From NCBI RefSeq assembly GCF_036321535.1, contig NC_087447.1:43340001-43404000 (forward strand): a DNA stretch of 64,000 nt, read 5' to 3'. Origin of the DNA: Camelus dromedarius (Eukaryota). Both the position numbers and the translations under genes were made by a program. Numbering within the stretch: the stretch's first letter is position 1; every line of letters begins with the position of its first letter. This document shows, one piece after another, positions 13,230 to 25,811 of this stretch. The notes under the pieces are model-generated. The model ran no database searches and had not been told where the DNA came from. It worked only from the letters and a program-made list of their open reading frames with translations.

Positions 13230-14460
13230 CCAGTGCGTGGGGAGCGTGGCTCCAAAACGCCCACGCCGGCAGCCGCTTCGCATCCCCGCGGGGCGGGCGC
13301 GGAGCCTGGCAACCCAGCGGGCGCCGGCGCCTCTCCTGACGCCCCGACAGCCGGCCTCAGGCTGCCGTCCCGCTCCGTCCAGCAGGCAGTGACTCGCAGG
13401 TTCCGGGCAGTGACCCGGCGCACTCCGCCCTGGGCTAGCTCTCGTCCCTGCCGAGGGTCCAGCGGGACGCAGATCCAGGTGGCGGTGGCGGTGCCAAAGT
13501 GGGGGCGCGGCCTGGACTCGAGGAGCGCCCCTCCTCGCCCCACCCGCCACGGGCCCGCCCCGCCCCGCAGTCCCTCCACTCTATTCCGCGCTGTTCCAGC
13601 GCGGATCGACACCCTCTACGTAGCGGGGGGTGGGTGGGGGAAGGGTGGGAGGTGGGTGGGCAGCTCGCGGGTCCCAGTGCCCAGTGCCCTCCTCCGACAG
13701 CTCTGCTCTGCGGGTGAGAACACCCTCTCTTAGCTCCAGTTTCGGATATCTGAGGCTCTCGGTACCGATGTCCCGGATGCTCGAGAGACCCTGGGGGGTT
13801 CTGGGCGCTGAGGCCCGCTCTCACCCCCCGAGGGCCCACTTCTCCTGGAGAAGTACGAGCGTCGGAGGGTGCCCACACAGGGCCACCCGGAGGGGCCTGG
13901 CGGAGCCCATCCTCCAGGCGTCCACCCTACCTGTCGTAGCTCCAGCGGCTGTAGGACAGGGTCCGGTGGCTGCTGACACCCTCCATCGCCGCCTCGCGAC
14001 TCTGCTCCGGGCTCCGCTGGCGGCGGCAGCAACTGCGCGGGGCTCGGTGCTCGCTTGCTGCGGGCCCGGCCAGGGCGCGGGCGGAGGACTGTACCATTCG
14101 GCCCCCCGGGGGGGTAACCCCCCCTCTGGCTCTGCCAATGGCGGGGACGCGCGGGCTGCGGGGACCCGAGCCCTTGGGGGCCCCCTCCCTCGCGCTCGAG
14201 TCCCGCGGGGGCGCGGCTGCTGCAGCCTGGACCGCTTATTTATTTATTTCCGATGTGTGCTCCACGTCGCCAAGGCAACCGTCCCATCTTTTCCGGAGTC
14301 ACGAGGGCACCGCTGTTTTCAAATCTTCCCGGGACAGGGACTACTTAGGGGCTTTCCCTTCTGCTAGCGTAGGAGTCCGGGATAAGCGCCTAGAACTCAG
14401 ACCCGCTGGACAGAGACGCCCCCCTCCTTTCCTGCGAGAGATCTTCATCCAGTCACCCCC
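13230..14460. promoter_or_regulatory. TUB: CpG island, promoter of the upstream TUB first exon
   Basis: About 1.2 kb, very GC- and CpG-dense, several GC boxes. Contains the TUB coding exon. An AT-rich AAATAAATAAATAA patch (minus strand, ~14236-14250) lies upstream of the exon. Confidence 0.9.
13931..13986 (-). CDS. TUB: Tubby protein, alternative first coding exon (MEGVSSHRTLSYSRWSYD-S, phase 2)
   Basis: Minus strand reads gcgATG GAG GGT GTC AGC AGC CAC CGG ACC CTG TCC TAC AGC CGC TGG AGC TAC GAC AG|gtaggg: strong Kozak, GT donor. I recognise the peptide as a vertebrate TUB N-terminus that splices onto ...VLDDEG. Position next to EIF3F fits synteny. Too short for the ORF track. Confidence 0.88.
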
Positions 14461-15211
14461 TCCAACCTGCCACGGTCAAGCGCCCCCCTTCTCAGGAATG
14501 GGAATACCCATCCATCCTCGAGTTTCGAAGATTCCCGCCATCTACCCGCCTCCTTCCCCCCAGCAGGGAAATCCTTTAACCAATGAAGTGCCCCCTCTCC
14601 TTAAACTGTCGAGACTCAGCCGCCTCCTTACCCGAGTGAAAATCCACTTCTCCCTCCCTCTTCCACCACCAGATTCCCTTCGCATATTATGGCCCCCTTG
14701 GGTTTCAAGGACCAAGCTGTGTAAACACGCCCACTTCCATGCCTTCTCTGTTTATTTCCTTTTGTGCTTTCCCTTTTACTACTAAAAAACCTTTGGCAAA
14801 AAATCCAGCTGTGTTGGCTCAACTTCGTCTACAACTGTCTGAGGGTGGCCCAGGGAAGAGGGCCTTGGAGAAGTGCCTGCTGGGTGGGGCGGGCTACTGC
14901 TGGGTAGGGAGAACTGGAGTAGGGAGTCTTTGGTCTGCTCCGCCCCTCTTTCCCTTCCCTTCCCTTCCCCCATCCTGGGTTGCTGCGCCTGGGATTTACA
15001 GGTATAATCTTCTTGCAGAGGTCGTCGAAGCCTAAGAAGGACCTTTCAGTGCCGCTGGGGTGGGGAGGCTGCGCTAACACGCAGCCAGGGTCCCGGTGGA
15101 GGTGCCAAGGTTCCCTGGAGGTGGAGTGCAGGGCGGTAGAGTCTGAGCTCCACTAATCCAAGATCAGGGTCAACTCCCGTGAAACTAGACTTGCCTGTTA
15201 ACCCTGTGGGT

Positions 15212-15542
15212 CACAGGGCTTGCAACTGGCAGCACACCTGTTGCGTCCAGCTCACAAATGTGTTTTTATTTGTCTGGCACAGTTTTTTTTTCTTTTTAAT
15301 TAACTAAGCTGACAACACAAAAATAGGGAGATTTAATAGTTTGGGCTTTGCATTCTGCCTTAAAAACTAAGAAAATCTGGCAACTTTGGATCTGCCTTCA
15401 GCATGGCAGGCACAGAGCAGAGAAGTGGCTGCTCTCCTTACAGGGAGCATGTGTTCTGTCTGTCTCAGGCCCCAGCCAGCAGGCTTCTCTCACTTATATA
15501 ATTTGCTGGTCCCCCCTATAACTTTGAAATTTGCCACCCAGT
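15212..15542. mobile_element. hAT-Charlie (MER58-like) MITE
   Basis: Terminal-inverted-repeat-like ends cagggcttgcaact... and ...atttgccaccc. Confidence 0.55.
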
Positions 15543-16494
15543 GCAATACAATCATCTATAACCACTGAAGTTTCCCAACTGGCCCTCAGAGCTGCCCCAA
15601 AGCATCATTAACCAGTATTTACCAAGGACCAGGTGCTCAGCAGAATGCTGTATATAACAAGCAGACACTGTTACTCCCTTTGGGATTTACAGATTGACAG
15701 GCATGGACTGCCTCCCAAACAGAACTACTGCTTCTGAACCACATCTTAATGGTGAGATGCTCAGCATACTCATGATGACCTCATGAGTGGTGGATTGGGA
15801 CTCCAGAATCAACTTGTGACTCTGTGAAGCATTATTTCATTGTCTGGGTAGGTGTGATGGGTGAGCCCTATCTGGAGAACATGTGAAGCTTATGGGGCCT
15901 CTCATAGACACTGAAGAACCAGAAGCCACTGCTCCTGACCCAAACGTTGTAAGTCAAGCCTCCAAGGATGTCTTTCCTCCAAAGCACTGATGGAAGGGCA
16001 ACAGGACCTCAGAAGGGACTCCCACAATAAGAGAAGTCCTGCTCCAGCAGCACTGTCCACTCCAACCCGGGCTTGCTCAGAGCCAGCAGTCACAGAGACC
16101 TCCTGAGATTGACATTGGGCACTGGCTTCCAGGCTCTGGCAGCCTGCTTTGAGGAAGACCCTGGAGGTGGTAATAATAAACATAGATTCTACCTCCCCAA
16201 GGAACCAGGCTGTTGGCACAAGATAAGAGTTCTCTAGCTATAAGAGCCAATAGCAGGTGTACTGGACCCGCAGACCTCCACCTCCAAATCCTAAGACCCA
16301 AATAAGAAGAACAAATAAGCAGCCCAAAGCCAAGTGTCCTGAACCAGGGCTGAAAGTTTTAGGGAAGTTACATCCCAGACATTTTGGAGGAACCTAAGCT
16401 AGGCAGATGGAAGAGCCTAACAAAGGTCCAGAGAAAGGACCCTTGAATCTTACCAATGCCAGGAGCTACAGGTCAGCATTCTGTGGGAGGGAGT

Positions 16495-16972
16495 TGTGCA
16501 ACAATCTTAAAGCATGGTCACAAAATCTTTGAGAGCTCTCTCACTGAGAAGTAAAATCTATGTTATCTTACCTTGATTCTGGATGCATGAGACTTCTGAA
16601 TTTAGGTAATAAAAGGCCTTTCGAGTGTTCCCTTGTTCACTGGAGCCCTGAGCCACCATGTAGAAGTCTGACTTCCATGTGGCCACCATGCTGTCAGGAA
16701 GTCTAAGCTACAAGCAAAAGTCATATGTAGATGCTTCAGTTGAGTGTCAGCTGACCCAGCCTCGAGTCACCACAGCTAGGCACCAGACACATGAGCAAAG
16801 AGGCCTTCAGAAGATTACACCCCCTAGCCCTTCAGGACGGCCCCAGCTGCTTGAGGCTCCCCAGCTGAGGCCCCAGACATCACGGGAGACACGTCATCCT
16901 TGCTGCACCCTCCCCTGACAGAGAACCTGTGAGCATTATGAAATGGTGGTAGTTTTACACCCCAGATAACCA
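16495..16972. mobile_element. MaLR (MLT1-type) LTR
   Basis: cccagctgaggccccagacatcacgg...ctgtgagcattatgaaatggtggtagtttta...agataacc. Confidence 0.65.
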
Positions 16973-19900
16973 GGTGGGCAGAATTCATCTCAGAGGAACT
17001 AGCACTTTTTCCTTAAAAGCAGATTACTGGGCCTTTGGGTTATGAGGGGAAGGGCCTCAGTGAGACTGCACAGAAGAGCTCAACAAGGCTGCTTGTTTTA
17101 GGGAAGCTACATCCCAGACATTAGGAAAGTATTAGAAATGTAGGTGCTGTCGGACGGTGGTTACATGATGGGTGGGAGGAATAAGTCTGGAGCTGGGAGA
17201 AAGAGGATGCAGGAGAAAGGCTTGGGTAGGAAGAGAGGGTGAATGGCAGAAGGCTAGAGTCTAAGAGGAAAAATAGCTGGTGAGAAATTCCTGAGTAGGG
17301 CTGGCCAAGGAACTCGAAGAACAAAGATATCAAATATGCTGTTTTAAGTTGGTTCCTGCTCCATGGTGCTGCGCTATTATCCCCAAGCCTTCAGTAGGTG
17401 TCTGCTATGTATGCACCATCACCTTGTTGAAATGATGCTTGGACAACGCAGAAGGCAGGGCACTGTCCACGTGTGGGACAACGTGCAGTAGGAGGCCAGC
17501 AAGCCGAGCAGCTAGTTGGAAAGTGAGAATTAAGTGAGGAGCAGGAATGTAAAAACAAAGGAGACCAGGAGAACACACTCCTTCCTGGAAATTCTTGTGC
17601 ATGTTGGGGAAGGCATACTAGACTTCCCCAAATAAAAGGAGATAGATTGGAGACAGTCTATTTGCATTTGAAAGGAAATGTATCCTTCAAAGGCTGGAGG
17701 GTTTGGGGCTACTTGTGAAGAAATGCTAGGACAAGTGGTCCTGGAATCCAGTAAGGTGGAATCCCTCAGCCACGCAAGGCCAAACCACCCAGCACATTTC
17801 TGGGAGAGCAAAAAAGCAGTGGAGAAACCCAAAACAAGGACTTAGGACCCAGGGTCCACCATGGCAAGATGAGGAACAGGGACCTGGGAGTCTACATCCC
17901 CAGAGAATAAACCCAGAAGGAAAAGTCCTCTGATGCAACAGAGATGGAAGGCTGTGAAGGGAAACACCCCCTATACTAAAACAAGCTCCATTCTCTCCAA
18001 AGTAAAGCTCCGGGGGAAAGAACCAAGTGCGCCCTCCACTGTGCCCTGACGGTGACCTTTCCCCTTCAGTTTCTGTTCCCACTGCTACCCTAAGGAGCAG
18101 TGCTTCCCCCTTAACACTCTGGCCCTGGGAGACACAGTCCCTGTGTTCTCAGATCGAGAACAGGCTAGATCCTTAACGACTTTATTCATTTTAGAGGGAA
18201 AACAAGAGGGAAGCAAGCAGAGCCATCACAGGAAACACATCAATGCAGGGTCCCTCTGGCCATCTGTACACATCTATGTTCTGATTCCAAAAGGGAGACT
18301 CCCCTACAGGATTTCTCCCCTAGTCATCCTGACACTTGCAAGCCCAAGGTCAAGAGATGCAGATGTCTATCTCTGTTCAGAGAGATGGGCCTCATCTCCA
18401 GGTGACTGGCACTTTGAATGACCTTGCTGATGTCACGGGCCACCCGCACTCTCACGCTCACAGAGTGCTGGCTTCACCTTCACAGGCCCAGCTGAACAAC
18501 CACGTCACAACCTCCCACATCAGCCTCCACCCCCTTCCTCTCCATCCCAAACAGGTACAGTGGCAGGAACTTCTTCACAAGAGCATCCCCTCAACCCTGC
18601 TCTGAGTCCTCAGGGCTTTCTGTAAGTGAAGAAAGGGGTGGGGCTCGCGATCAAAGAAGTCCACACAAACTGGTCACTTTTCTTAACCTCCCTGACTCCG
18701 CTGTCTGAGGCAGGAAGAGGCCTGTTCATCTCCCAGGGTAAGTAATCCCTGGTTCTCACTAAGTCGGGGAGATGCCTGCTGTGGGCTCTCTGGAAGCCTG
18801 AACAAGGGGCCAGGCAGGGCTGGCTGTGAAAAGATAGGCACCAATGTCCACATTCAACCTTTAAACTGCAAAATAAGTAAACAAACCAACAACAGCAACA
18901 ACAAAAATGCTCTTAAATTTTGGGGTAGAAGTTTTAAGAACAATCACAAGAGCTGACTATGCAATGAAAAGGTGTGCTGAGTGTTAGGAATTAAGATTCT
19001 GGTATTAAAAAAAGAAGGTTTGGGGAAAATATCTGCCTCTAAGCTTTGTTATTGTAGTTCTGCTTTTTGATTTTGGTTTTATTCTTCTCACTATAAACAG
19101 CAGTGACAGAACTATGTATAAACTCCAGTTTGGCTTCAGCTTTGTTGGAAGCCAGGTCACTGAATGCCACATCTGGCATCCCTGAACTTGTGAATGATCA
19201 AAAATCACATGATGGTGTGGGCTCCCATCACCTGTAACTTGCCTACAACATCCAGAGTATGAGGAAGGCATGTTGTTTGGATTTATTATTTTTTTCTTTT
19301 TTAGGGATTTAATATTAATATCTGAATATTTGCTTTCAAATACAGGCAAAACATTCTAGGCAGAACTTGGAAGAAAAATCACCTCATGTGCTTTATAGCT
19401 TGCAATTCTGTCATGTATATTTATAATTGCATGACTCTATGCTGCCATACTTATGATAATTGTGAGTGCTCTTAAATTAATGAATCAATTATTGAGAATT
19501 TTCAAAAAGTTGTCTGAAAATAGATAGGCAGTTAGTTTGAATATTAAGAGTGAATTAGCTAGATAACTTTAGAAAAAACATTACATTCTTTCTGAGTCAC
19601 AAATATTTATAGTGATGTAAGTAATTCAATGTGGAATAACACAGAAAGCTTGGAAAACAGAAACCCCAGTGAAGTCTGTGGGAATCCAAGTGCAGTCCCT
19701 GCTCCCAGCATCCTTTGCCAGAGGTGGGAACGTCAACAATGGCTGATTCAAGACTAATGGTCCTGAAGGCTGGGGCCTCAAAGAGTTTCGTTTCCTTAAT
19801 CTGGGGCCAGAAAATGCCACAGAAAGTTCTGAGCTTCCTATAAGAGAAATTAAAGGACTAAGAGGGCTGGTAGACCCAAATGGGCTTAAATGTTTGGGTG

Positions 19901-20129
19901 AGGAGGATGCAGAGTACATGGGCCAGGTGACCAGAGCAGTCATGGAGAGATGGCAAACATGAACAAAGTTGACGGGTGTGACGATAACCAGCTGAGACAA
20001 GTTAGTTCTTATGGAGAAGATGATCACAGATCAGACACTTTCCTTTCCCTAGAAGACAGGGTGATACAGAAACCACCCCCGTCTCTTAGGAGTTTGGGAA
20101 AGAAGGGGGATGGGGAATAACAAGGATCC

Positions 20130-21245
20130 CCCAAGACTACACCCAGGTTTGATGATTTGCTAAGAGAAGTTGCAGGGCTCAGTACATAGTTGTTACTCGT
20201 GACTGTGATTTATTACAGGGTAAGGATACTATGTCAGTGTCCCAAGGACCACCTTTAGGCTCAATGATTCACTAGAAGGACTCCTCACAGGGCTTAAAGA
20301 AGCTCTTATCCTCCTGGCTATGGTTTATTAGAGTGAAAGGATTCAGATTAAAGTCAGTCATGGGAAAAGGCTTCGGGGGAAAGCAAGAAAAATCACATGC
20401 AGACTTTCAGTGGAGTCCCATGAGGACACATGTAATTCTCCAGCAACAACGTTGCCAACTAGGGACTCTCACCCAAGCCTTGGAGTCCGAGGTTTATGAC
20501 GGAGGGTAAGTCACATTGATATGCAATGCCTGTCTGACTGATCTCAGCCACCTGACAATTTCCCTGCTTTTCCAGATCAGAAACAGGAGTTTACCACAGA
20601 TCATTCTGTTAGAATAAACTTATCTGGTCAAACTGGTACAGGATGGCCCAAAGCCTCGGGTATATAAACACTCTTATCAGGCAGAGTATTCTAGGGGGCC
20701 AGAGGTCATCTCCTAGGAGCCAGGCTAAGGACCACTCCTGAAGACAAGCCTTTCTGGGGGAATGTGTAGGGTATAAGCAATGCAGGCCTGCCGAGTCAGC
20801 CCTTTCCTGCCCGGATACAAAGATAATTAGCAGAGGAAAAAGACTCATGGGATGAAGCCTGGAGGAAACCAGGCATAAGCGTCCCCAGGGTCCTCTCCCA
20901 GTGGAGTCACACAGGACAAACCAAATGCCCCAGCAGCAAGTTGTGACAATGTGTGTGAAGTGTTGTCTACCAGAGAAGCTCACTGAAGACTCAATGCCCC
21001 AGGGTTTTATTGGGGGCTGGTTGCATAGGCACCCTTTGCCTAGAATGTACAAAAATTTAGAATCCTAAAAGAAATCATAAACCATATTGTTTGTAAACAT
21101 ATTAGGCACAGTAAGCCATTCAGGAAATGGGGGGAACACTCCCGAAATCCCAATTCCCAGATGTTAGCCAAGAACCAGCCTTGCAAAAACGCCTTCCTAA
21201 GGATCGCAGCCTCAGACCTGCTATATTTACTCCTTTTTGTGCAGG
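20130..21245. mobile_element. MER21-like ERV LTR sequence, partly nested or duplicated
   Basis: ccccaagactacacccaggtttgatgatttgctaaga..., ctaggagccaggctaaggacc, agcctcagacctgctat...tcctttttgtgca. Confidence 0.6.
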
Positions 21246-22148
21246 GGGAGAACCCCGAATTCACCCAAGTAAGATCGGGCACCTGCCAGAAATGCCTGAA
21301 TTGGCAAGATTAAATTTACTGTCATTGGTAGGAATGGATGTTAAAGAGCTGTTTGTAAGAGGGAAATAGAAGAAAAGTTCTGTTTTTGCTTACCTAGTTT
21401 TATTACTATAGCATTTGTATTCAAATATATAATTACAAATTGTGTTTAAAATTATGACAAGAAAGTATTGAATGCAGAAAGGTGGGATTCAGGGAACTGG
21501 CCTAGTCTGATGAGATGTAAAATGCCTTTCCTGAGGAAGTAACATTTGAGCTGGGATCTGAATGATTAACATAAGTTAATTAGGTAAAGTTGGGGATGAG
21601 AGAATTTCAGGCACAGAGCTCAGCATGAGTAAAGGACCTGAAGTGGAAAGAAATATTGTAAGTTCAAGGAAAAGAAAGTGTACCACTGGACCTGGAATCC
21701 ATGGCCCAAGGGTGTTGGTGGAAGGAAAGAGGAAGCAGCTGAAGTACTGATCTGGAGGCAAGTGATACAGGCCCTTGAAGGCCACAAGATTCTGGTCTAT
21801 ATCCTAGAAACTGTGGGAAGTCATTGAAGGGCTTTTTAAGCAGGGTGGTGACATGCTCTGACTTGCCAGACCTTGGGTTGGGACTGAGAATGTGACATGG
21901 ACTCCCTTGACTGATTCACAGTTTGAGTGCAGAATTAGACCCAGAAGGTTTGTCACTGGCCTCTGGCTTCTTTTTTTGGGTTCAGACCAGCCAACTAGAT
22001 TGCCTTATTATCCCTGGATATTAAGGCAATGACTGGCCCCCATTAGAACCCACATCTACAAAGTAGTATCGTACCTTCAAAGCAGTCCCTCTCACAGCTT
22101 GCAGAAGGTATGTGATACTTCTCTGGGTACTGCCTGCAGAGCTGGGCT

Positions 22149-22361
22149 ATGTCCAAAACCTCCACGTCATTTGGTCCTGTCCAAAACATCCACAAGAGAT
22201 TTGGTCCACACAAAAGGCCATTGATATTTGGTCATATTAGGTCCTGTCCAAAATGTCCATGGAGACGTTTGGTCCAAGCCAAAAGGTCCTTGATATTTGG
22301 TCCTGTCCAAAACCATCTAGCATGGACAACTATGCTCACAGATGTTCTGGACAGGACCAAA
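22149..22361. repeat. Degenerate array of a 17-bp quasi-palindromic unit TTTGGTCCTGTCCAAAA, with one inverted copy
   Basis: Units at 22170, 22200, 22237, 22268 and 22296; partial units at 22150 and 22227; inverted copy at 22345-22361. Confidence 0.9.
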
Positions 22362-24837
22362 GGTCCTGCAAGGGAGCTAAGAGTCACATCTAGAGGTAGA
22401 CCCCAACTTGGTAACTTAGCAACATCAATGACATTGGATGCTCCTGCTAAAAAGATTCCACTGGCTGAATCTCAGATTTAAATGTGATTTCCACTGCCCC
22501 AACAGGACAGTGCAGTGGAGGTGGGAACCATCCACTGCCCTGAAGAAATGCTGATGTGCAAAGATCCCTTTGTGCCTTCGAGTGCAGGTGGGGTTCTAGG
22601 ACAAGTGTTGTTGGCTCAAAAGTGGCCAATGGAGGCACCACCAGTAGCTTTGGTCATCTCAGCCCAGGGCACTGTGCCTGGTCTCACCACAGTTGAAGGT
22701 GCTGGCTTCTGGGCCAAGACCTTCGCAGACTCTACCTACCTAGGCAGAGATCCCCATAATCCTAGGCCCCATTAGTGCAGGAGGTATCAACCACCTTTGC
22801 TGTTCAAAATGCATATCACTTAATCCCTCTCCTTTTGGTAAACACATGCTTTTTAGGTTGCAGACCTTCAGAAAGCACCTTTTGGTCTGGGCCTAAGAAT
22901 CTTGGGTTCAAATCTTCCCTTTGTTTCTAAGTTTCTCTGAGGCCTTGTGCAGGTTTCTTCCTCAACAGATGGGAGCGATACCTGGGTTGCTATCACAATA
23001 AATCCTTTAGGAGTCAAGCCCTCTGCAACAAGGCTTGTGGTGCCTTGTGCCCCCTCCCTGGACCCACCGGATTGCAGTGCAGCTGTTGTGGAGAGTTCTA
23101 AGCATATTACTGGCATCCCACCTGAAGAACCTGCCATGGTGTTTCTGCTTTTCTGGCTCAGGAATTTCTTTGAAGGAAATGCAGAGCCTGGACAGGCACA
23201 GGTGTTGCCTCGAAGTATAAGAGAGTTACCCCAGGACAAACCCCCAAACCCCCAGTTGGTGGGGAACTGGTGGTTGTCCTTTCTACATGGCTCTTCATGG
23301 TGTTCTTGCAGGAGTGAGCCCCAGTTGCTGCAGAGGTAACCAACTCAGTTAGGCTCTTTCCACCCCACCCACCTCATTTTCTTGCATCAGTCTTTCCACT
23401 CTCTCACATCTTGCTTCCTGGTTCAACTTTCCAAAGAAGATCTGGCCATTAAGCACATGGTGCCTTTGTACATGTCAAATTAGCTAAGCTGGAACTGTTT
23501 TCCAGAACACCCCTCCCTGTTTGGTTCTGTATTATAATGGCCCCAGGAAATAGTTTGTATGAGATATGGAAGGTGGACGTGAGGCAGCAGCCGTGTGTGT
23601 GTGTGTTTGTGCACGCGTGCACGCACATGCACACACATGCTCTGAAGATCTGTGCAAGGACCAGGCACTATGGCAGCTCCATATGCTGTGGCTGATCTGC
23701 TTTGATGGCATGGGGCAGCGACCATGCTCCAGCTCTTGCCAAATCTCCCCTTCAGCTTCTTGAAGACAGCTCCACCAGCTCCCACAATTTCATAAGGTCT
23801 AACTCATATGGTAAACTCCTTACTCCATTATCACTCATGGTTCTTCTGCCTCTGATTGACCTCTGACTCAATCAAATGGTTCCAGAGGGACAGAACTTAG
23901 GACGGGGTCTCTGAATTGGTTCTGGATTACCCAGCATTGACTCTGATTAGATTTTAAATTATTAATAACCCTATTTCCATAGGTAAAGGCCACAGTGGTA
24001 GAACATGGCATGCAGGAACAAAACGGTCACTCAGATTATCATCTATAGACACCTGCAGTCAAATGCCTATACGAGACAAGGCTTTGGATGACCAAGTCAC
24101 TGCGGCCATGGAACACCTCAGTGAAGACAGAGTATAATGGGGCTGATCATCTGCTTCTATGTGCAGATGGAGAGCTTGGGGGAAAAATGGTTATGAACTA
24201 TGTTTTAAATTCCTAGTCCAAGGTCTCCGCTCTTGTAAGGGACATACAAGCTTCTAGAGTTGCCCTGGAAAATATGGTTAGCCTCAGGGCCAACATTTCT
24301 GAAAACTAAACCTAAATCCAAAGACTAGTACTGTGGGTGGTTGAATTACAATGCAAATTATAGTCTCAACCTCCCAGAGTCTCATTAAAGAGGCAGGGGA
24401 TGGGCAGGACCTGAAAACTGGGATGAGGACACATGAGCAGATTTTGATGAATTTGGGAGCCTTGAACCCCTAAATTACGCTGAGCCTCCTTTGCTGGTAG
24501 AAAGAGCTCTTCCTCTCTTGATATGAATATGTTTGTGTATATACTAAGCAATATTTTTTCCTTCATCTCTCATTCCCTTACCATCTAATACAAGATATGC
24601 AAATAGTAATTTCATCTCAGGATTTAAGCTACATCGTATCAAAAGGGGAGTGTGACTCAGCTAGAAAGGACATCACCCAAAGACAGATAGAGGACTCTGT
24701 CCTCTTTCAGAGAGAGGGTTCTCCACATCTGATACACAGTAGTAGGAACATGGAGAATAAATGTGGGACCAGCTCTTGAGGATATTGGGCTGGGGAGAGT
24801 GGAGTATCAGGTTGCACAGGGGAGAAATTACTGACCT

Positions 24838-25282
24838 TGAAAGGCCAGGAAACTAGCAGGATGGCTATTGAGTTGTTCCAGCCTGTACTTTTAGCTAAAT
24901 TGATCTTATGAGTAACATGCTCCCCTCCCTGTGCATTCTTTTCTTAGAATAACTTATCTTTTTATCCTAGAGGCCTTGAAAGAAGGTCATGGACTGAACC
25001 TCAAGAAAATGGGCAGACCCTCCTAAAATCCTCCATAACAATAGCAAGTTCTTATCAAGATGAAAAGGTGTTAATACCCTGTAAAATATCCTGATTGTTA
25101 CCACCTTTTCTGTTCCACCCAGTTTTTCTATAAAACCTCAAGGCCCCAACCCCAAGATGGGCAGGTTTCAAGGCATGAGCCTGCTGTGACTCCCTTTGCC
25201 CGGCAAAACAATAAAGCTGTTCTTTTCTATCCTCCCAAAACTCTGTCTCCAACTCTCAATTGGGCTGCGGGGTACAGCAACA
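24838..25282 (+). mobile_element. ERV solo LTR (class I-like, 4-bp TSD)
   Basis: TG...CA termini (tgaaagg...caaca), TSD acct at 24834-24837 and 25283-25286, TATAAAA ~25129, AATAAA ~25210. Confidence 0.8.
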
Positions 25283-25811
25283 ACCTGGGAGCACTGTCCA
25301 GTGATTCAGGTTTGAAAGCTCAGGCAAGGGCAGCTGGAGCTGGTCTAATACATTTGCCATGACTGCTCCCTGAAGCTTGCATATGGTGACCTTCCTGCAG
25401 TGAGGTGGTGTAGGGGACAACACTGGTGCTTCACTCAGATCCTTTTGGGTCTCTTTTTACTGTTCCTAGGTGTGTCCTGCCCACCTTTCACTCTCACCAA
25501 CAGCTTTGATGTACCTTTGTTTCTCAAACCCAACACTTGCACCTCTTCTTCAGAGGGACAGAGCCAGCCATAGGTACCTAGGAATTTATATCCACCCTGG
25601 GTGCTTTGTCTAACACCTGACAGGTGCAGGGGTTTGAAAGTGCAGCATCCTTGCCTTGGGCACATGCAACACTGAGGGGTAACTTGTACCCCAGTCTCCC
25701 TGTAAGATCAGATGACTCTGACTTCTGCGGGATGTTGTCTGAGATCACATTCCTGCTTCACTTCCTTGTCCTCCCGCACCCACTCTTTTTCTTGTATTCT
25801 GTACCAGCATT

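Noticed and set aside
13158..14785. Several long overlapping ORFs (191, 245 and 215 aa) in the CpG island
   Set aside because: Stop-poor GC-rich sequence giving low-complexity Pro/Arg/Gly/Ala peptides with no recognisable domain. Only the short TUB exon is supported.
22149..22361. CRISPR-like repeat-spacer appearance, and the 110-aa ORF 22149..22481 with FGPVQN repeats
   Set aside because: Mammalian DNA, spacers only ~11-14 bp and related to each other, no cas genes. The peptide repeats simply reflect the DNA repeat.
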